A stretch of 6,183 nt of DNA, from IMG/VR virus record IMGVR_UViG_3300020030_000143, positions 1 through 6,183 of that record, one strand, 5' to 3'. The stretch's first letter is position 1, and the number at the start of each line of letters is the position of its first letter. The notes beneath the pieces were generated by a model that made no database searches, was not told where the DNA came from, and was given only the letters and a program-made list of their open reading frames with translations. A program made the translations under genes and the position numbers. This document shows positions 1 through 4,066 of the stretch, in pieces. This stretch comes from a virus.

Positions 1-121
1 AGAGACACAATACGCTTAACCAGAGAAGACTTGCTAAAACGTGCATAAGCATCAGCAGCGGTAATCGAGCGAATAACTTCGTCTTCCGGTTTAAGGTATT
101 TAAGATAATATCGAGGAATCG
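1..121. repeat. Terminal redundancy (left copy): identical to 6063..6183, a circular-genome assembly overlap that defines a 6062-nt unit
   Basis: I aligned 1..121 (agagacacaatacgcttaacc...tatcgaggaatcg) base by base against 6063..6183 and found no mismatch. The repeat lies inside the Rep reading frame, so it is not a biological terminal repeat. Confidence 0.97.
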
Positions 122-884
122 AGTAGTTATAATTGACGCGCTTCTCAAAATTGAAATAAGACCACGACGAAAAACGAGCAGAAGGGCGAGGCATATAACC
201 AAGAAAATCACCAACGCCAGCAGATACGAATTTTCGCGTATAACGGCGATGTTGGAGGAGGCAAGATAAAGGTGTAGAGTTTCCATCTATGGTAACGTAT
301 TTGCCCGAAATTTCTTCGGGGTTAAATTGAATCTGTTTAGTAACATACTTAACGCAGTAACGAGCACGCTTATGGGTAGCCTTTGCCAACCACACAAAAC
401 CGAGATCTCGAACAGCAGAACGAATTGTGTTATAGAGGACGTTTGTGCCAAATAAAAAGCCGTGAAAATGCAATCGAGGTTCATTACCCGTTTCTGGGTG
501 AGTCCCAAACTCCTGAAAAAAAGCGTGTTTAAACGAATGACCGAGTTTGTGACGGAGACGTTCGTTGAATTTTCGAATAAACGAGGACGGATCAAGCAGA
601 GCTTCGTTATAATACTTCGGAGCAATCGTTATTGTAATAAAAATAGCCTGCTGACTATCAGCCTTACAACGAGCGAGCTCACGTTCGAGACGGACAAACC
701 AATCATTACGCTGACGACGCAAACAGTCTTCGCACTTTCCGCAAGGGACCATGAGCCACTGCCGCGCAACGTCCCAGGGGCGAAGCGCCAAAGCAGACCT
801 AGCTACGTCGGAACCGTCCCGACAAGGATTCTTCTTGTCGAAATAGCGACGATTACGTATCCATATAGGCGACGAACAAGGCAT
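1..884 (-). CDS. VP4: Rolling-circle replication initiation protein (Microviridae VP4, phiX174 gpA-like HUH endonuclease). This is the N-terminal 294 codons; the ORF continues across the circular junction into 6062..5876 for 356 aa in total.
   Basis: The ORF is not in the supplied track because it has no in-window stop. My manual minus-strand translation from the ATG at 882..884 to position 1 is stop-free: MPCSSPIWIRNRRYFDKKNPCRDGSDVARSALALRPWDVARQWLMVPCGKCEDCLRRQRNDWFVRLERE... It joins seamlessly (..KRIVS/LCVERFNLN..) to track ORF 5876..6070. Motifs found are CGKCEDC (723..743), RCR motif 1 FITITI (624..641), HUH motif HFHGFLF (450..470) and the double-Tyr motif YCVKYVTK (336..359), which has the Y-x-x-K-Y spacing of the phiX174 gpA active site. 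The N-terminus M-P-C-x-x-P-I-x-I-x-N is typical of VP4 proteins. Confidence 0.93.
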   Translation of the reverse strand, partial: MPCSSPIWIRNRRYFDKKNPCRDGSDVARSALALRPWDVARQWLMVPCGKCEDCLRRQRNDWFVRLERELARCKADSQQAIFITITIAPKYYNEALLDPSSFIRKFNERLRHKLGHSFKHAFFQEFGTHPETGNEPRLHFHGFLFGTNVLYNTIRSAVRDLGFVWLAKATHKRARYCVKYVTKQIQFNPEEISGKYVTIDGNSTPLSCLLQHRRYTRKFVSAGVGDFLGYMPRPSARFSSWSYFNFEKRVNYNYSIPRYYLKYLKPEDEVIRSITAADAYARFSKSSLVKRIVS

Positions 885-1090
885 TACAGGAAACTTCTAA
901 GACAATCAAATTTAATAGCAGGATGATCGAGACGGCAGCGAATGAGATAATCACTGGCGGGTTTTTCGTCTGAGAACCAGGCGATAACAACTCGCTTTTT
1001 ACCACGGTATGCTCCAATAGAAAAACGATACGGAATACCGTCAATCAAAGGAGAAAAGCGGGGACGAAAATCAAACTTATCCATAATCAT
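884..1090 (-). CDS. Hypothetical 68-aa protein immediately upstream of Rep and stop/start-overlapped with it
   Basis: ATG start at 1088..1090 and TAA stop at 884..886, which overlaps the Rep ATG (882..884) as TAATG. About half of the codons end in T, as in VP1. The upstream context is AT-rich, as at the other gene starts. I recognise no family. Confidence 0.62.
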   Translation of the reverse strand: MIMDKFDFRPRFSPLIDGIPYRFSIGAYRGKKRVVIAWFSDEKPASDYLIRCRLDHPAIKFDCLRSFL

Positions 1091-1103
1091 AGAATAATAA
1101 TTT

Positions 1104-1132
1104 GCGCTTCGAAAGGCGGTACTTTCGAGCGC
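1104..1132. other. Hairpin: 11 bp with a 1-nt bulge and a 6-nt loop, ending 13 nt upstream of the 68-aa ORF start
   Basis: gcgcttcgaaag (1104..1115) pairs with ctttcgagcgc (1122..1132), with T1108 bulged and loop gcggta. Confidence 0.75.
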
Positions 1133-1152
1133 GAGAACTACTTCGTTACGCC

Positions 1153-1193
1153 GGCCGACCGCCTAACGGCGGGGACGCTCCGCGTCTTCGGCC
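1153..1193. other. Compact three-helix junction made of three perfect 5-bp helices
   Basis: The outer helix ggccg (1153..1157) pairs with cggcc (1189..1193). It encloses hairpin ccgcc-taac-ggcgg (1159..1172) and hairpin gacgc-tcc-gcgtc (1174..1186). All pairs are Watson-Crick, and the helices are joined by 1-2 nt linkers. Confidence 0.65.
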
Positions 1194-1214
1194 TCCATGG
1201 CTCCACTTCGTGAG

Positions 1215-1244
1215 ACTATATACCGGATAAATCCGGTGAGTCTA
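1215..1244 (-). promoter_or_regulatory. Sigma70-like promoter candidate on the coding strand (TAGACT-N18-TATAGT), embedded in hairpin 1209..1246
   Basis: On the minus strand the -35-like hexamer is tagact (1239..1244), followed by an 18-nt spacer and the -10-like hexamer tatagt (1215..1220). It lies downstream of the terminator-like hairpin and about 125 nt upstream of the 68-aa ORF. The same bases form the arms of an extended hairpin: cgt(g)agact pairs with agtctacg, and the inner stem is ccgga-taaa-tccgg. Confidence 0.22.
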
Positions 1245-1250
1245 CGAGCG

Positions 1251-1284
1251 AAAACTCCCAGGGGAGAAAAAACTCTCCCGGGAG
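1251..1284 (-). terminator. Intrinsic-terminator-like hairpin plus T-run downstream of the 107-aa ORF
   Basis: The minus strand reads ctcccgggagag-tttttt-ctcccctgggag followed by TTTTcgc. The stem is 12 positions long with one G.U wobble and one A.C mismatch, and it is GC-rich. It starts about 45 nt after the TAA stop at 1330..1332. Confidence 0.4.
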
Positions 1285-1329
1285 CATCACAGTCAAAGAA
1301 CTCTTCCACCAAGGGGGCGGGTTACTACC

Positions 1330-1653
1330 TTAGCGCCTCTTCCTTTCTTCTTTCGGCGTGCTTTCATCGGAATCGAGATTAAAATCAAACATAAGGACAA
1401 GTGTGTTATCGAAAAAATCGACCGCAAAATGCGGATAGGCGGCAAGGTCAACTAAGAGACGAGAGACAAGGCTATGGGGAATATAAGGCATATCCGAAAT
1501 AGCCGAACGAACGAAATGATCGAAAATGGGAGTATCCTCAAAAACATCCAGAGACAACTGAGAAAACTGCCCATCTTTAAGATAACCGACCTGGGCGAGG
1601 TCGAGATCAAGAGCCGGATTAACGCGGCGAAGAACGATGTGAATCTGTGTCAT
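1330..1653 (-). CDS. Hypothetical 107-aa acidic protein with a basic C-terminal tail (..PKEERKRR)
   Basis: The first ATG is at 1651..1653, 11 nt after the stop of the upstream ORF (1665..1667), in an AT-rich context (attatatcgtt). Third-position T bias is strong. The track version 1330..1725 starts at a TTG and would overlap the upstream gene by 61 nt. I recognise no family. Confidence 0.62.
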   Translation of the reverse strand: MTQIHIVLRRVNPALDLDLAQVGYLKDGQFSQLSLDVFEDTPIFDHFVRSAISDMPYIPHSLVSRLLVDLAAYPHFAVDFFDNTLVLMFDFNLDSDESTPKEERKRR

Positions 1654-1664
1654 AACGATATAAT

Positions 1665-1985
1665 TTAAAGTTTCGATTGGAATCTGAGGTAAAAACGCTT
1701 CCAGGCGTCGGAATATTTTAGCCAAAAATCATAACCCTCGGGCGTCGAAGAGAACAAGAAAGCAGTGGAAATGAGGGAGGTGGGGTCAAAGCTCGGACTG
1801 CAGAGAGAACGCCGGATATGGGCACGCAGATGATCGCGAAAACCACCGTAGGGCGAAACGACGACGTCGTAATTCGTCTTAAAGGCAACGAATATCCCTT
1901 GGCGAACGAGCCACTCGGTAAAAGCGTAATCGAGAATGTCGACAATCAAATCGCCAGCCTTGAATTTTTTACTTCCTTTTTTCAT
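1665..1985 (-). CDS. Hypothetical 106-aa basic protein (MKKGSKKFKAGD...)
   Basis: ATG at 1983..1985 and TAA at 1665..1667. Codon bias resembles the structural genes, and it is the first gene after the 81-nt gap that follows VP2. I recognise no family. By position it could be a scaffolding (VP3-like) or accessory protein. Confidence 0.68.
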   Translation of the reverse strand: MKKGSKKFKAGDLIVDILDYAFTEWLVRQGIFVAFKTNYDVVVSPYGGFRDHLRAHIRRSLCSPSFDPTSLISTAFLFSSTPEGYDFWLKYSDAWKRFYLRFQSKL

Positions 1986-2011
1986 AATGTTGTGGTTATT
2001 GGTTTACGACA

Positions 2012-2043
2012 CAAAGGTACAACAGAAAAAAACAAACGGCAAA
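2012..2043 (-). promoter_or_regulatory. Bacteroides-type promoter candidate: TTTG-N20-TACCTTTG, matching the -33 TTTG / -7 TAnnTTTG consensus
   Basis: On the minus strand tttg lies at 2040..2043, followed by a 20-nt spacer and tacctttg at 2012..2019. This is 26 nt upstream of the ATG at 1985, inside the only short non-coding gap. The consensus and the 19-21 nt spacing are recalled from the published Bacteroides fragilis promoter analysis. Confidence 0.3.
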
Positions 2044-2066
2044 GTTCAAAAGGTTGGAGGGATTGT

Positions 2067-3335
2067 TCATTTCCTCTCAAAATAGCTGCGGCGAGTGTAC
2101 GTAGCGCCAATTCTGTCGCCTGAAGGGCCGTAAACATCACGCATCTCCTCGTAGCCTTCGGGTCCTGCAGGACCTGCGGCCTTGCGGCCAACGTATGAGG
2201 CGCCAGCAATACCGGCAGCGGCAGCAAAAGAACGAACGACATCATGAGCGAGACGAAGTCGAGAATTACGCAAATCCCAACGAGCGTTGCCTGTTTCAAG
2301 CTGAGCTGTCTCGGCGGCAGCAGTCTTGAGAATAGCTAGAGTCTCGGCCACCTTCATCGTCTTCGTCTCAACAACTTCACCCTTCTCGTTACGAATTTGA
2401 ATAGGGACTTCTTTCTCCCAATTAAGCTCGTACCACTTTTGCAAATCCTTGAGTTCCTGAGCGTTAAGAGCTGTACGAGAGTTAGACTCATCAGCAGCGG
2501 CAACATTTGCGATAGCAGAGCTCCAGGCAACAGCGAGGGCGGCACCGGCTTGGGGAGCAAACCAATCGTTAGACTGGCGAAGGTAGTTGTATTTTTCCTC
2601 AAGAATGCCTGTCATGGCCATAATAGAGGAGAGCTTGTAACCCTGCGAAATGTCAGCCAAATAGGCCTCGATAGACATAATTTGAGCTTGCGCCTCATGC
2701 AATCTTGCAACTTCACCCGCATCCTTGACATTGTGTTGAGCAATCTGCAATTCAAAATTATCCATCTGCTCTCGCCACTCTTGCGTATGAGTGTTACCTC
2801 GAAGATTAGCAGCTTCTGCATTGTCTCGATTAGCAGCGGCAGCATTGCGATCAACTGTAGAACGCGCAATCATATTCTGCGCAATAGCAGTAGGATCACC
2901 AGGTGAAAAGGCGCCAGCGCTAACAGGCGAACCACCCGAAGGCCCGGAAGCAGAAGGCATGGAGGCTGAGCCTCCAGACATGGTCGCATTTACGCCGACA
3001 CCGGAAGAACCGAGTACGGCAGCAGGGGTAACACCAGCCTTCAAATAACGGTCAAAAACCTTCGAGGGATCATTGTAAGCGTTCTCATAGTCAAACTGCT
3101 TCTGCCAATTAGCATAGGAAAGCTCTGACTGCCTCTGCATCTGCTCCAAAGCGTACTGCTGTTGAAGCTTCATCTGTTTCTGTTGAAAACGCCATTGGCG
3201 ACGGGCGCTCATACCGCCAAAAAGCTGGCCTAAGAAGCCGTTAATTAGGCCGTGAACTCCAGTAGAGGCAGAAGATTCACCAAGAGAACGACCAAAGGAT
3301 GCCGCAGCACCGGCGGCAGCAATAGGAGCAGGCAT
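2067..3335 (-). CDS. VP2: DNA pilot / minor capsid protein VP2, 422 aa
   Basis: ATG at 3333..3335 and TGA at 2067..2069. The N-terminus is Ala/Gly-rich (MPAPIAAAGAAASFG) and is followed by a Gln-rich coiled-coil-like stretch (RRQWRFQQKQMKLQQQYALEQMQRQ). The motif AYNDPSKVFDRYLKAGVTPAAVLG resembles the YNSP...AGLNP signature I associate with gokushovirus/alpavirus VP2 proteins. There are also Gly/Ser-rich low-complexity segments. Size and position fit VP2. Confidence 0.85.
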   Translation of the reverse strand: MPAPIAAAGAAASFGRSLGESSASTGVHGLINGFLGQLFGGMSARRQWRFQQKQMKLQQQYALEQMQRQSELSYANWQKQFDYENAYNDPSKVFDRYLKAGVTPAAVLGSSGVGVNATMSGGSASMPSASGPSGGSPVSAGAFSPGDPTAIAQNMIARSTVDRNAAAANRDNAEAANLRGNTHTQEWREQMDNFELQIAQHNVKDAGEVARLHEAQAQIMSIEAYLADISQGYKLSSIMAMTGILEEKYNYLRQSNDWFAPQAGAALAVAWSSAIANVAAADESNSRTALNAQELKDLQKWYELNWEKEVPIQIRNEKGEVVETKTMKVAETLAILKTAAAETAQLETGNARWDLRNSRLRLAHDVVRSFAAAAGIAGASYVGRKAAGPAGPEGYEEMRDVYGPSGDRIGATYTRRSYFERK

Positions 3336-3336
3336 A

Positions 3337-3528
3337 CTACAAGTTAACTAAATTATTAGAACGAATAATATAATCAACGCGGACAGTGTCGATGTGAACG
3401 CCGCTACGCTGCATCCTAGCCTGAGCCGAACAAGAAGCAAGAAAAAAAGTAGCCAATGCAGCAATAATAGATGAAATGAGCGTCCAAAAGGCCTTTGATT
3501 TATAGAACGGTTGTTTAACGTCGGACAT
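3337..3528 (-). CDS. Small predicted lipoprotein, 63 aa, with signal peptide and lipobox L-A-S-C (Cys33); function unknown
   Basis: The sequence is MSDVKQPFYKSKAFWTLISSIIAALATFFLASC|SAQARMQRSGVHIDTVRVDYIIRSNNLVNL. It has a basic n-region (K10, K12), a hydrophobic h-region and the lipobox codons ctt gct tct tgt at 3430..3441. ATG is at 3526..3528, and TAG at 3337..3339 lies 1 nt before the VP2 ATG. About half of the codons end in T. Confidence 0.7.
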   Translation of the reverse strand: MSDVKQPFYKSKAFWTLISSIIAALATFFLASCSAQARMQRSGVHIDTVRVDYIIRSNNLVNL

Positions 3529-3580
3529 GATATTAAAAATTTAGGGGAAGCTACGGTGCCGCACCCTCACTTCGTTCGGG

Positions 3581-3597
3581 GCGGTTCTCCGAACCGC
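3581..3597. other. Perfect 7-bp hairpin with a TCC loop (GGA on the coding strand)
   Basis: The sequence is gcggttc-tcc-gaaccgc. The loop and closing pair are the same as in hairpin 1174..1186 of region A. Confidence 0.75.
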
Positions 3598-3649
3598 GAA
3601 ATGCGTCACCTCGCCACAATGGTGTAAACAATTGAATAAAGAACGATAG

Positions 3650-3727
3650 AAAAATGCGCGACCACTCCTGCAGTCGTTACCAATAACCTCTAGCAATTCA
3701 CGAACTCTTGCAAGAGGGGTCCGCGCA
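3650..3727 (-). terminator. Terminator-like element: a 73-nt imperfect long hairpin followed by T5, downstream of the 98-aa ORF
   Basis: On the minus strand ugcgcg(g)acc(c)ccucuugca (3727..3709) pairs with ugcaggag(u)gguCGCGCA (3672..3655). That gives about 17 bp with one bulge, one mismatch and one G.U wobble. It is followed immediately by TTTTT (3654..3650) and starts about 30 nt after the TAG at 3758..3760. The stem is atypically long, with a 36-nt apical region. Confidence 0.35.
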
Positions 3728-3757
3728 CGTAGCATATATCGTCAAGTAAAGAGCGTA

Positions 3758-4054
3758 CTATTTTTCTTCAAGGTTAGAGGGTTTCGAAGCAGCCTTCGAC
3801 CTATCTATCTCTGAATCAATAAGTTCCTGGCCAACCTCGAGACCGTCGAACTTATCCATACGAGAAAAGGAATTAGGATCGAAATCAATCTCGGGATTAA
3901 ACTTTTCGCCCTTATCGAAGTCAGAGGCCTGAGCTTCCACGTCCGGGCGGCCAGGCAAAACGTCTACGGAGCCAGAACCGTCAAGGACTGACATAATTCG
4001 CTGACCGCGGGAAACATAAGCGGGAGCGTCTTCAAGTAACCAATCAAGAGCCAT
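3758..4054 (-). CDS. Hypothetical 98-aa strongly acidic protein directly downstream of VP1; possibly scaffolding-like, unproven
   Basis: ATG at 4052..4054 lies 12 nt after the VP1 stop, and TAG is at 3758..3760. I count 22 Asp/Glu against 11 Lys/Arg. Codon bias resembles VP1. I recognise no family. Confidence 0.68.
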   Translation of the reverse strand: MALDWLLEDAPAYVSRGQRIMSVLDGSGSVDVLPGRPDVEAQASDFDKGEKFNPEIDFDPNSFSRMDKFDGLEVGQELIDSEIDRSKAASKPSNLEEK

Positions 4055-4066
4055 AATATGAGGAAT

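Larger units (their letters stand above)
1091..1329. other. Structured GC-rich non-coding region A, between the 107-aa ORF and the 68-aa ORF
   Basis: The region is 239 nt, with no credible ORF on the coding strand, and about 55 percent GC by my hand count. It contains at least five stable stem-loops: 1104..1132, the three-helix junction 1153..1193, 1209..1246 and 1255..1284. Confidence 0.8.
3529..3757. other. Structured non-coding region B, between the 98-aa ORF and the lipoprotein ORF
   Basis: The region is 229 nt. It contains a long imperfect helix (3655..3672 with 3709..3727), hairpin 3581..3597 and palindromes ggtgccgcacc (3555..3565) and ctcttgcaagag (3705..3716). The only coding-strand ORF here (3541..3735) has atypical codon usage; see the rejected list. 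Confidence 0.7.

Noticed and set aside
287-1044. Track ORFs 287..625 minus, 853..1044 minus and 462..926 plus.
   Set aside because: They lie in alternative frames or on the opposite strand of the motif-bearing Rep frame and the 68-aa ORF. They have no recognisable features, and the true Rep frame explains the region.
1159-1320. Three strings in the same order as in the Oryza sativa twister ribozyme as I remember it: CCGCCTAAC at 1159, CCGGATAAA at 1223 and AAGGGGGCGG at 1311.
   Set aside because: The spacing is about 160 nt rather than about 54 nt. The required P2 pairing is missing, because ggcgg against ccacc has a central mismatch. There is no CCCAAGC-type loop for the pseudoknots. CCGCC-TAAC-GGCGG and CCGG-ATAAAT-CCGG instead form self-contained local hairpins. 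The strings are also on the non-coding-sense strand. An Infernal scan with the Rfam twister models would settle it.
1330-1725. The track version of the 131-aa ORF.
   Set aside because: Its first codon is TTG (1723..1725 reads caa on the plus strand), and it would overlap the upstream gene by 61 nt. The first ATG, at 1653, lies 11 nt after that gene's stop in the usual AT-rich context, so I call 1330..1653.
1197-3048. Plus-strand ORFs: 1197..1382, 1474..1668, 1818..2123, 2397..2906 and 2791..3048.
   Set aside because: They are antisense to well-supported genes or to the structured non-coding region. Microviridae are transcribed from one strand only, and these ORFs have no coding-like codon bias.
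3528-3536. TGATATTAA, identical to the core of the phiX174 gpA origin nick site (..ACTTG/ATATTAATAAC..).
   Set aside because: It lies on the window plus strand, which is complementary to the coding/viral strand, whereas the phiX174 origin is on the viral strand. It overlaps the lipoprotein start codon, and it is a short AT-rich match with no flanking similarity.
3655-3727. A 73-nt domain closed by a 7-bp terminal helix, which is tRNA-sized.
   Set aside because: No cloverleaf can be drawn. There is no D-arm with a loop of 7 nt or more, no T-arm or GTTCRA-type T-loop, and the closing helix extends to about 17 bp.
3541-3735. ATG-initiated 64-aa Arg-rich ORF (12 Arg, with a C-x13-C-x3-C plus HH pattern) on the coding strand, filling most of non-coding region B. 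It could be a J/ORF8-like basic DNA-packaging protein.
   Set aside because: Its codon usage does not match the other genes. It uses the rare AGA, AGG, CGG and CTA codons repeatedly, whereas the 601-codon VP1 uses each only one to three times. The T-ending codon bias collapses in its last third (3 of 24 codons). The sequence is also fully accounted for by stable hairpins and a terminator-like element. I cannot exclude it without homolog comparison, and I estimate about a 25 percent chance that it is real.
3718-3753. Weak resemblance (GCGCA...ATATAT...GT.AA) to a dif / XerCD site of the kind used by temperate enterobacterial gokushoviruses.
   Set aside because: Only about half of the positions match E. 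coli dif, and the conserved XerD arm TTATGTTAAAT is absent. The TTATGT-like strings elsewhere on the coding strand (for example near 2675 and 3985) are inside coding sequence.
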